DNA of 25,896 bases from a virus. Lineage: Duplodnaviria; Caudoviricetes. The notes under the pieces were generated by a model. That model searched no databases and was not told where the DNA came from. It worked only from the letters and a program-made list of their open reading frames with translations. Shown in pieces: positions 1 to 8,608 of this stretch (its first letter is position 1; each line of letters begins with the position of its first letter). The stretch spans positions 1 to 25,896 of the IMG/VR virus record IMGVR_UViG_3300037634_007128; one strand, written 5' to 3'. The translations under genes and the position numbers were made by a program.

Positions 1-215
1 ACTTCACCATAAATTTTAATTATTTGACCTGGGCGTACAGGCTTGTTGAAGACAACTTCTGAAATCTTCTTTGTCACCATCCTTGGTGTATCGCATGCTT
101 GGCATGCGAATATGGCGCCGGCCTCATCGAGCCAAGCGAGCAATGAGCCACCGAAAAGATTGCCATGGTAGCCAACGTTGGCGGCTTTGCAAAAATGAGT
201 TGAGATAAGTTCCAT
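1..215 (-). CDS. Hotdog-fold acyl-CoA thioesterase (YciA-like), 3' end runs off the window
   Basis: Not in the ORF track. Manual translation from ATG at 215 gives MELISTHFCKAANVGYHGNLFGGSLLAWLDEAGAIFACQACDTPRMVTKKISEVVFNKPVRPGQIIKIYGE, with the HGNLFGGxLLxWxDE and FxKPVxxG motifs of YciA-type thioesterases. Confidence 0.85.
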   Translation of the reverse strand, partial: MELISTHFCKAANVGYHGNLFGGSLLAWLDEAGAIFACQACDTPRMVTKKISEVVFNKPVRPGQIIKIYGE

Positions 216-223
216 GATATTAC

Positions 224-231
224 TAATTAGT
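224..231 (-). promoter_or_regulatory. Putative late promoter ACTAATTA
   Basis: Copy of the ACTAWWTA motif, 8 nt upstream of the thioesterase ATG; part of the palindrome ACTAATTAGT (222-231). Confidence 0.6.
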
Positions 232-235
232 TGTT

Positions 236-1423
236 TTATAGCCTTAGTTTATAAAGAGATCCAAAATTCTTACCACCTTTGATATTAACCTTGAATGTTC
301 CCAAGTCATTCTCGGCAAACATCTTTTTTATCTCCGGTATTAGATGCCTTTCATCATCAGTGAAGTCTATAATTATAGAGTCATGTACGCAAAATGCAAT
401 ATGTGATTTATAATTTTCAAGAAATTGATCAATTTTGATTAATTGCCTCAGCAAGACATCGTTAAAGGTGCTTTGGATTATGTAGGATATGCTGAAGTGC
501 TCTGTGGCGGGTATAGCGCGATTATACCGCGTTCTAACTGTGTTTCCGTCCCAATACTCCTTCTTGACCTTGGAGCGATTGTAAAGGCTCTCAGCCTTTT
601 TATCGTATGACCCTGGGTTGTACAACCAGGAGAAGATCTTCTTTTTAGCCTCTTCGCGAGTACAATTATTAAATACGTTTTTTGCATTCCAATCGTGAAT
701 GTCTTCGTCGGGCTGCTCCTCTCCGCACAATGCAAGAAGAGTTCTCAGCTCAGCGCCATTGTAATCCAATTCTACAAACCAATCGTTTGTCGGCTCAACA
801 ATTGTGCGAAAATCCTTCTCCATTGTTAGAAGAGGGAACGTGCCGGGAATATTAATTAGTCTCCCGGTTTTTGATCCAAAAATGCTATACTTGCAATAAG
901 GATCGTATTTCTTATATTTTATAAAAGCCGATTTTCCTCTTTTCGAAATTATTTTGGATCTACCGTTTGCTAGATTAATGTTCAATTTTCGATGCCCGAT
1001 GTCGGTCATGACTTTTGTTAAGTCAAGCAAAAAATCATAATTCTCTGGTTTTTCGTGCGTGCCTATAACATGTTCGGTAATCTGATTCATCAAGTCAAAA
1101 TATTCCAACAAAAAATCTTTTGGAACTAGATCGAAAAAACAATGGTCGCTTAACGAGATCCGACCTAATTTAAAAGATCTATAAAATGCTCTTAATTTTC
1201 TAAGAGATTTATCAAATTCATCTCTAATGTGATCCGGACAAACGAGTTCGGGCGCTTTGCCACTACAATATAGCTTGGCATACTGGACGGTATCCCGGTC
1301 TTTTAAAAATTGCGCATACCTCCAAGCAGCAGACAAATCACTAGGAATAGAATCAAGTAGAATATCACCATCGTAGTAAATTCCAACGCAACTCCCCTTA
1401 TCATCTAAAGGTTGAAATATCAT
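236..1423 (-). CDS. Minimal family-A DNA polymerase-like protein (395 aa)
   Basis: TGRL (aa 186-189), motif A DYNGAELR (D220, E225), DIH (241-243), motif B REEAKKKIFSWLY (R256, K260, F264, Y268), SYIIQS (Q317), motif C VHDS (H347, D348). SD GAGGT upstream of the ATG. Confidence 0.85.
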   Translation of the reverse strand: MIFQPLDDKGSCVGIYYDGDILLDSIPSDLSAAWRYAQFLKDRDTVQYAKLYCSGKAPELVCPDHIRDEFDKSLRKLRAFYRSFKLGRISLSDHCFFDLVPKDFLLEYFDLMNQITEHVIGTHEKPENYDFLLDLTKVMTDIGHRKLNINLANGRSKIISKRGKSAFIKYKKYDPYCKYSIFGSKTGRLINIPGTFPLLTMEKDFRTIVEPTNDWFVELDYNGAELRTLLALCGEEQPDEDIHDWNAKNVFNNCTREEAKKKIFSWLYNPGSYDKKAESLYNRSKVKKEYWDGNTVRTRYNRAIPATEHFSISYIIQSTFNDVLLRQLIKIDQFLENYKSHIAFCVHDSIIIDFTDDERHLIPEIKKMFAENDLGTFKVNIKGGKNFGSLYKLRL

Positions 1424-1433
1424 TTATACCTCT

Positions 1434-2897
1434 TTATAAATCAGTCTCATAAGGATCGTAGCCCAAATCACTATCATCAAAATCCGCATCTGCGTGATGA
1501 TCATAGTCGTAAGAACCGGGCATTGCCCCATACGGACCGGTCGCATGTGGCACTACATCGGCCATGTTTGTTTGCCGGCGTCTCCTTATAGTAACATCTT
1601 TTGCCTCATTAATCAACCTTAATTCTATCTCTTTACTTGTTAAGGAGCCTTGTTTTGTATGATTTCTCGACAATCGACTCTCTAAGTACAACAGTCCATT
1701 CGCCATATTGTATCTGGACAGCTGGGGTCCGTTTCGACTGGGAAGCATATGTCTCTGATAGGCCTGATTAGCCATATCATCAACTTCGGTTCTTGAATAG
1801 AGGCCCTCCTCTTCTATGTTTCTAATCTTGGCGTATAGTTTGAGAAAATATAACTCATCCTTTCGCGAAAAAATTAGACTTCTTGGCGTCGGCAACAATC
1901 TTTCCACCCTAGAGACAGTTGATCCATTTGTGCATGCTGAATAATCGCCACGAAAGGGCTTATAATCATGATATGTGTAATATATATTCAACAAAAATCT
2001 TTTGAACAATTCATATCCAGGAATATGTGCGCGATTGTAGTTGGCTCTAAAAAAGCTATCTGGACTGCTTTGGTTGTGATACCTGTACATTTTAGGTACA
2101 GTCACATCGCAATTAACATCCAAATATAAGCGCCACGGTACGAAACGATCAATATGAAACCCATGCTGTTTAGCGGCAGTTAAAAAGAATTGATAGTTTC
2201 TGCTGTTGATGAACGTATCATATTTTTCCTGATCGACAGAATTGTCCAAATCAGCAATATCCACAACCAGAGCCGATATATGAGGCATGCTAAACCGTGA
2301 TCTCATAAAACCACTTAACGTAATGGGTTGAACGCGAGCGATTCGCTCAAGGGCCAACATCACCTGATCAGTAAACTGGTCGAAATTATTAAAGATGAAT
2401 CTTTTATCCAAATGTAGATCTAGTTGTGGCATATATTTATACACAACTGCCTGACCAATTGCTCGCGAATAACTACCATATGCTTCCTTGTAATTAACCA
2501 TTCCACGATATGCCTTTAATTCCGACAAATACGGATGATCAGCGTCGATCTTTTTGCATGCGACTGCTTTTTGAAACTCTATTGTCAAATTCCTAAATGC
2601 GCGCTCGACCATACGAAAAACTCGGGCCGGTCGTTTCGTATCTGCAGAATTCTTAATCGATACGATTTTTGGAGTGACTGTGCTGGGCCGGTCATATCTC
2701 GGGCATATTGGTATATGAAACCTATCTACTTTTCCATAAAGTATCTTCTCTGCAAAGTGATAATCTTTAAGGGTGCTCTTGCTATCCGCGGTGCCAATGA
2801 TGGAATCATATGCGTGTGCACGATATTTAGTTCTATAAATATAATTGTGGCGCGCCGATCTATTATTTTCTCCCAAAAATGATCTGTATATTGGCAT
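1434..2897 (-). CDS. Hypothetical phage protein (487 aa), basic and aromatic-rich body with acidic Tyr-rich C-terminal tail
   Basis: Long ORF with SD GAGGA before the ATG and a 10-nt gap to the polymerase gene; no family recognised. Confidence 0.8.
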   Translation of the reverse strand: MPIYRSFLGENNRSARHNYIYRTKYRAHAYDSIIGTADSKSTLKDYHFAEKILYGKVDRFHIPICPRYDRPSTVTPKIVSIKNSADTKRPARVFRMVERAFRNLTIEFQKAVACKKIDADHPYLSELKAYRGMVNYKEAYGSYSRAIGQAVVYKYMPQLDLHLDKRFIFNNFDQFTDQVMLALERIARVQPITLSGFMRSRFSMPHISALVVDIADLDNSVDQEKYDTFINSRNYQFFLTAAKQHGFHIDRFVPWRLYLDVNCDVTVPKMYRYHNQSSPDSFFRANYNRAHIPGYELFKRFLLNIYYTYHDYKPFRGDYSACTNGSTVSRVERLLPTPRSLIFSRKDELYFLKLYAKIRNIEEEGLYSRTEVDDMANQAYQRHMLPSRNGPQLSRYNMANGLLYLESRLSRNHTKQGSLTSKEIELRLINEAKDVTIRRRRQTNMADVVPHATGPYGAMPGSYDYDHHADADFDDSDLGYDPYETDL

Positions 2898-2937
2898 TCT
2901 TGTTCCTCTGTGTATAAGTATTTAGCTAAACTATTTT

Positions 2938-2945
2938 TAATTAGT
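2938..2945 (-). promoter_or_regulatory. Putative late promoter ACTAATTA
   Basis: Motif overlaps the stop codon of the hub gene (AAC TAA TTA), 40 nt upstream of the 487-aa gene start. Confidence 0.55.
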
Positions 2946-5900
2946 TTTGGCCATCCCACGAATCTTCAACACCGAGCATGTCGCCAATAGCTGTCCCCTC
3001 GATCAGTTCAGCTCCGACTCCAGTTATCCCTCGGGCGATGGCCTCTCCGCCACCGATCTCACCAGCCTCATATTGATCAATAACATCAAGAGTTTCTTTA
3101 ACGGGACCATCGTCAGGTCGACGCCTCTCTACGGTGACGCCCGACGACGACCCTGGGCCGGATGTTTTCTCGTCAGGATCTTTGAGATATTGATCTGCTA
3201 CCGTGCAAGTCGTCACTAGTGGGTCTTCAAATTGCGAATCAAGCTGCGCAATTGGAGATCCATTTTGCGTAAAGGTACAATGTAGGTTTGTGACAAATTT
3301 ACCAGCTTCAACCGAGTTGGTTACTCGGGTAATCATATAATAGCCACCAATACCCATTAAAAACGCCATCGATTCTTCATCTGCTGGGGAACCCATATGT
3401 GGTGACATTCCACTTGGGTCAATGAACACCATCTGGCCTGGAAACAATCTGGCGTTTCCAAACAGCTCAACATCTGCATTATAAATATCCTTAAACTGTC
3501 TGAACTGCTGGTCGGCGCCAGATTTATCCGTGGCAGCCCACCGACCCTCTCGCATATATTTTGCATCAATTCTAGAAAATTTAATTGTCTTAACAAGCCC
3601 CTTGTTGGATCCAATTCTAAAGTGTGGGATCCCTTTTTCCTGATCGTCGTCCACATCGCCCTTTAAGTCATTGGTGACCATGCCCTCGGCGTAAAAAATG
3701 AAGAAGTTAGTATTCTTGTTGGCTGGTATATATGGGGTTCGTGAATTTTCTGTTTTCAAAACGGGCAATTGTTTTTTAAATTTCGACTTGCCAGTTAACA
3801 GGTTTAAATAAAGCCTGTTTTTTGGTAAACTAGCATTTTTTCTTATCTCGCTATTTTGTTTGAAAATCCAACCTTGAATCGCGTTCTCATTATTTCTACC
3901 ATCGAGCGCGTCGGGAAGAAGATCAGCCTCATCCAAGTCCAATTGAGCCCCAGTTGCACTAACATTGTTCAGTCTAACCTTCAGGCCCGGGTATGATGCA
4001 AAGCAGCTGGTCTGTGAATCCTCCAAGACATCAACAACCATGCCCTTTATCACCTCTCTGACAAAATCAACTAATGCATAGGATTTAAGATTTCTGCCAG
4101 AGACATTTGTCATCCACCACTGCAAGAAGAACGTGTAAGATATTGGAATATCTGCTAGGTTAACCTGCATCAATTCTCCTGTTTTGGGCTCGCGAATATT
4201 AATGGGCCCCAAAATAATTGAAACATTGTCCAAAAGGGCCTTATAAGCAGAATGGCCGCCGCGTTCCTTCATCGCCTCAGCTACGATTTGATATGCCGCA
4301 TACACTATATCGCCTAAATAAAAGAAAAAGATTTCATGCGAATGCGGATCATCGTCGGCGTATGTGCCGGCTGTCCAGGCCAACATTTGATTGGTTGTCA
4401 CTTCGCCATCAATTTCGACATATTCAGTATCATTCTCATCCTGGCCGGGCGCAACAGCCTTGCTTAAGCTGAACTCTGTGATTTTTGCACCATTCTCATC
4501 AACGGCGCCGGTCTGGGCAGCTAACGTTAAAGTTGTATTGGTAAAAATATCACCACTATTATCATATTTGGGTGCTGAGTGGATTGTGGGAAGGTCGATC
4601 ATCAACCCCGTACCATCCAGGTCATGCTCCATATTACCGAAGGCATTTTTCCTCATGTTCTTATGACTCGCGGTATTGCCCGAACCTACCTGGTTAGCCC
4701 AGCTACCCACGCCTGATCTATATACGTTATCGGATTCGTCATCTTCATACGTGGCCTTGGTATTGATAGACATATCCGTCCTCGTATGCGTAGCATTTTC
4801 TGGATCCACGACCTGAATGGCGCCATGGCCTGCATTCTGGCGCGACTTCTCAGAATTGAGGTCGGGATCAGCAATAACCATCCCATCTTTGTCTCTTTTG
4901 ACAGACATGGCCGGGTCTTCTTGTTTGCCGAAAGGACCAGCAGATTTCCAAGAAATAATATCATCAATGCCTACAACCAATTTTAAAAGAGTGGGTTGGG
5001 TCAATGTACGTTGAACCACAACATCATGAGGTTTCTGTTTCGCGATGCCGCCACTTTTTGTCTCAGTTGCAGGATCCTTATTTTTTGTATCGTATATATT
5101 ATCATATTGCTCAACCCCGCCAAATTGTAGCCACTGAAAAAGGGCAGAATATGCCTCGGTCATGTCATTTTCGGCTTCCTCTTGTTGCTGTTTCTTAAGC
5201 TCCTTAAGGCTTTCATTGTCGTCTGGGCACAGACTCTCAAATTCGGCGAATATTGCATCTCTTTGTTTTTGTTTTCTTACCCTCCTTGATGTCATTAAAA
5301 TATCAGCCTTTGCATCACTTAAGACTCCATAAATACTTCCTATATAATCGATCGTCAATTCAACAGTGTTGTCGTCGCGAATATCCCACTCATGTTGTGT
5401 CGGCGTCAAATAGAACGAATTAAAAGAATTCTTTACCGCCTCGATCTCAGACGGCGTCATCCACTGTTCCTCCAACCAACCAGCAGTGGTATCCGGAAAG
5501 GCCCAACCACATACTGCTTTAATTTTAAAATTAATCGGAGTAGCGTCATCCGCGGATGGGCTTTTTATCTTCTTATATTGCGTCATAGTAATCAAGTCAA
5601 TATACTTAAAAGGGTAATTCCTTTTATCGTTTGGGTTCCTGGCCCATCGAGCTTTCAAAATATCATTAAAATCATGAAAAAACAATTTTAATTTTGCCTT
5701 GATATCTCTTCTGGAGGAATACGGATTTTTTCCAAAAAAGTCCCAATCAAACGATATAATCCCAGCGCCGACTCCCCTGGAACCTTCATCGGAAAATATG
5801 GCCCGCTCTATAGCATCGGCACCTTTACCAAAAGCAGCAGCAGTGCCGCCGGGATATCCTCCCCCGAGGGCGCCCGCGGCGCTCTGTGCTGAAGATAGAA

Positions 5901-8259
5901 TATTATTAAAAAATGGTACCTCTAACTCAACTGGGGTGCCGGCTTCGAAGCCAGAGCCATATTCATACGGAAACACTTTATACAACCTAATCATAGGCAA
6001 CAATTTAGATAAAGTAGCAGGACTCATACTATCGAATCCATACGACTTTTCTTCGTCGTCGTCCCATGGTCCAGAAAAGTTTGGATTATACACCAAGCCG
6101 TTTACAAGCGTGCTAGGCGATCCATGCACCATGTAAATTCCACCGCCGCCTTTCCGGCCAGTGTTTCCCCTGCGTAAAGTATAGGGTGACATATAAGAAT
6201 CAAGAGTCTCACCATCAGCTGTTTTGCCTAATCGGACCATATTATAGGCAGCTAGCTGGCCCATTCGGGCCAGCAAATAACACTGGTCCTGAAAGCGCGC
6301 TTTTGCTGCAGCCTCTGCAGCCTCAACATCGGGAATACCTTCATAGTCACTTTTGAAGGCGTCACCAACATCTCCTGCATCAGAATATGCTTGAGCTGTT
6401 TCTGCGGCAGTAGCGGCCGCCTGAAGGGCTGCCTCCTTTGCTTCTTCATCGTCGCCGGCAATTATCTCACCATTGGCTTCAATGGAGGCGGCCAAATATG
6501 AAGAGGCCATCTCATCTGCGACACGCGCTCCGCCGCCAAAGCCTGCGGTCTGCTGGCCATCGTCCATGTCTGCCATGGTTTCGATATAAGCGCGCTCTAA
6601 AGCCCCGCGATATTCAAAATATTGCTGAAGCTCCGCAAGATACTTATACTGATCTTGCAAGTTCGTTATTATACCCGCGAGTTCCTGCTGAACCGGTCCA
6701 GGAGCTTCGGCAGTACCCCAAGCAGTCCATACGGCCTCGTTCTCATTGACCACGGCAGTAACGCCTGTTTTAAAACCGACACCGGGGTACCATGCAAATG
6801 GGCCCGCGGGAGCGTCATCGATCCGGTCAAATTTTGCTCGATCATATTGAATAGCCTGCAAGGTGCCTTTCTGATGATTATAGCCTGGAGACGAGATCCA
6901 TTTTACAACAGCCGACGTGGCGCTGGGGCCCAAATATGAAGATGGGAACCTGCTCATATCGATGGCGGCGGCCAAATCATACCAATCCGTCCAGCCGGTT
7001 TTTTGACCAGCTTGCGAAACATAGTCCGGATTGGCATTCATCTCATCGCGTGCTTCAATGATATCATTAATCATCCCTTTCACATATGCCAATTGTTCTT
7101 TCACAGGATATCGTGCAATTATCTCACTTGGCGTGAGGCCATACATATTTTTCCAATTACCTATGCGCTGGCCGTCAGTGATGCCGTCTTCGACGGTGTG
7201 GGCAGTCGTATCGATGCACCACAAGCGCTGCTCCACAATCGACTCCTTCATTCCAGATTTGGTAGTGAGGACTTGCATGCCATTGAAGGCATTTCGAGAT
7301 GAGTTTATGCCGCTCGAAAACCACGACTCGCCAGTCGACTGTCCTTGCCAGCAATCGTGTTCCAAGTTTCCATTAACCTTTAAATTCCAATCAAAATATC
7401 CATAATAATCGCCGCCACTGCTGCTTTTGTTCGCAAAACTATCTGGTCCATAAAAATTAGAGCCACCAGTTTTTATACTCTCCCAAAACGCTCTAAGTTC
7501 GTTGTTGTTACAAAACGTTCCATGATATTTATATTTACTTGATTCAAAGAAATCAGATATCAGGGCCGGGTCTCTCCAAATTGGCACATAACTGTCCCCG
7601 TGGCTCGACATCGCAACCCGATCGTCCGCGGGGGAGGAGGAAATCTCTTCACTAAGCTGTGCATGAACATTAACTGCGTCCAAGCCGCGGCCGCGAAACA
7701 ACAATTCATCATTGGGCTTATAGCCATTGACTTCTGCGTCAACATCTGAATTTGCTTTTATACTATAAATGTATCGCTGTGGACTGACATCAGGGAAAGC
7801 CATTCCGTTGGCATATCGACGCCCGCCCGGTGCAGCAATCTTAGTTATAGCATATGAGCCGGCCTTGTTGACAACCTGATCTGTTATTGTGTACGTGCTG
7901 TCTTCGGACAGGTGTGTGGTTGAACCTATCACGCCATATGACACAGTATCGTCAAACCAATCCTGCTCCCAGGTGTCGGACGCGTAATGCTCGGCGCGCC
8001 TTTCGATACTCCACTTTTTGTGGCCGAAGGAGTCATGATAGGCTGTCTCGGAGATCTTGGGCCCATTGGTATACATTGATAAGCCCATCATAGCGTTCGC
8101 AACGCTGCCATTCCCATCGGACTCGTTATCAGATGACCGCAACAGCTCAAAAGTACATTGAGTTGTTTGAGTAATTTTGGCATGCCCGCCAGAGCCAGGA
8201 CGGTTACCTTTTGCGGGCAGTCCATAATACGTCAATAGTATTGATACACCCTTTCCCAT
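2941..8259 (-). CDS. Baseplate hub-like protein (T4 gp27 / P2 gpD-like C-terminus) with very long N-terminal extension (1772 aa)
   Basis: Follows the LysM gene. The C-terminus YNADVELFGNARLFPGQMVFIDP...GIGGYYMITRVTNSVEAGKFVTNL fits the hub/late-control-D pattern. SD GAGGT. Confidence 0.65.
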   Translation of the reverse strand: MGKGVSILLTYYGLPAKGNRPGSGGHAKITQTTQCTFELLRSSDNESDGNGSVANAMMGLSMYTNGPKISETAYHDSFGHKKWSIERRAEHYASDTWEQDWFDDTVSYGVIGSTTHLSEDSTYTITDQVVNKAGSYAITKIAAPGGRRYANGMAFPDVSPQRYIYSIKANSDVDAEVNGYKPNDELLFRGRGLDAVNVHAQLSEEISSSPADDRVAMSSHGDSYVPIWRDPALISDFFESSKYKYHGTFCNNNELRAFWESIKTGGSNFYGPDSFANKSSSGGDYYGYFDWNLKVNGNLEHDCWQGQSTGESWFSSGINSSRNAFNGMQVLTTKSGMKESIVEQRLWCIDTTAHTVEDGITDGQRIGNWKNMYGLTPSEIIARYPVKEQLAYVKGMINDIIEARDEMNANPDYVSQAGQKTGWTDWYDLAAAIDMSRFPSSYLGPSATSAVVKWISSPGYNHQKGTLQAIQYDRAKFDRIDDAPAGPFAWYPGVGFKTGVTAVVNENEAVWTAWGTAEAPGPVQQELAGIITNLQDQYKYLAELQQYFEYRGALERAYIETMADMDDGQQTAGFGGGARVADEMASSYLAASIEANGEIIAGDDEEAKEAALQAAATAAETAQAYSDAGDVGDAFKSDYEGIPDVEAAEAAAKARFQDQCYLLARMGQLAAYNMVRLGKTADGETLDSYMSPYTLRRGNTGRKGGGGIYMVHGSPSTLVNGLVYNPNFSGPWDDDEEKSYGFDSMSPATLSKLLPMIRLYKVFPYEYGSGFEAGTPVELEVPFFNNILSSAQSAAGALGGGYPGGTAAAFGKGADAIERAIFSDEGSRGVGAGIISFDWDFFGKNPYSSRRDIKAKLKLFFHDFNDILKARWARNPNDKRNYPFKYIDLITMTQYKKIKSPSADDATPINFKIKAVCGWAFPDTTAGWLEEQWMTPSEIEAVKNSFNSFYLTPTQHEWDIRDDNTVELTIDYIGSIYGVLSDAKADILMTSRRVRKQKQRDAIFAEFESLCPDDNESLKELKKQQQEEAENDMTEAYSALFQWLQFGGVEQYDNIYDTKNKDPATETKSGGIAKQKPHDVVVQRTLTQPTLLKLVVGIDDIISWKSAGPFGKQEDPAMSVKRDKDGMVIADPDLNSEKSRQNAGHGAIQVVDPENATHTRTDMSINTKATYEDDESDNVYRSGVGSWANQVGSGNTASHKNMRKNAFGNMEHDLDGTGLMIDLPTIHSAPKYDNSGDIFTNTTLTLAAQTGAVDENGAKITEFSLSKAVAPGQDENDTEYVEIDGEVTTNQMLAWTAGTYADDDPHSHEIFFFYLGDIVYAAYQIVAEAMKERGGHSAYKALLDNVSIILGPINIREPKTGELMQVNLADIPISYTFFLQWWMTNVSGRNLKSYALVDFVREVIKGMVVDVLEDSQTSCFASYPGLKVRLNNVSATGAQLDLDEADLLPDALDGRNNENAIQGWIFKQNSEIRKNASLPKNRLYLNLLTGKSKFKKQLPVLKTENSRTPYIPANKNTNFFIFYAEGMVTNDLKGDVDDDQEKGIPHFRIGSNKGLVKTIKFSRIDAKYMREGRWAATDKSGADQQFRQFKDIYNADVELFGNARLFPGQMVFIDPSGMSPHMGSPADEESMAFLMGIGGYYMITRVTNSVEAGKFVTNLHCTFTQNGSPIAQLDSQFEDPLVTTCTVADQYLKDPDEKTSGPGSSSGVTVERRRPDDGPVKETLDVIDQYEAGEIGGGEAIARGITGVGAELIEGTAIGDMLGVEDSWDGQN

Positions 8260-8280
8260 CTTATATTAACCTCTTTTTTG

Positions 8281-8607
8281 TTATTTCACTATGCGGAGAG
8301 CATCTTGAAGTGGGATCGGGATATAAATTAAATCGCCAGCTTGGACATGAAATTCTGTTGGCGCCAAATTATATCTAGCAATAACCCACCAGAATTCAGC
8401 ATTTCCGTAATAATTTGCAGCCAATTTCCAATATCTATCACCAGGAGTCCAGACATGCTTCACCTTTTGAACCAAAGTTCTATGGCCGGCCCTAATTGGA
8501 ACAAACACTGGGGTTGTATATTGCTCAACCGATGGTTTCCCCCTAGACTGTCGCAAGTCTGAATAGTGAGAATCTGCATTGGTGATTACTTTTTTATATC
8601 TTGACAT
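8281..8607 (-). CDS. LysM-domain baseplate protein (P2 gpX / T4 gp53-like), 108 aa
   Basis: HVWTPGDRYWKLAANYYGNAEFWWVIARYN...GDLIYIP is a LysM-type motif. Start re-called at ATG 8607 (MSRYKK), preceded by GGAGGT and adjacent to the upstream stop. Confidence 0.8.
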   Translation of the reverse strand: MSRYKKVITNADSHYSDLRQSRGKPSVEQYTTPVFVPIRAGHRTLVQKVKHVWTPGDRYWKLAANYYGNAEFWWVIARYNLAPTEFHVQAGDLIYIPIPLQDALRIVK

Positions 8608-8608
8608 T

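Noticed and set aside
853-860. ACTAATTA inside the polymerase gene (also ACTAAATA at 2824-2831)
   Set aside because: Both lie within coding sequence with no SD-led start nearby, and a few chance hits of this AT-rich 8-mer are expected. Not called as promoters.
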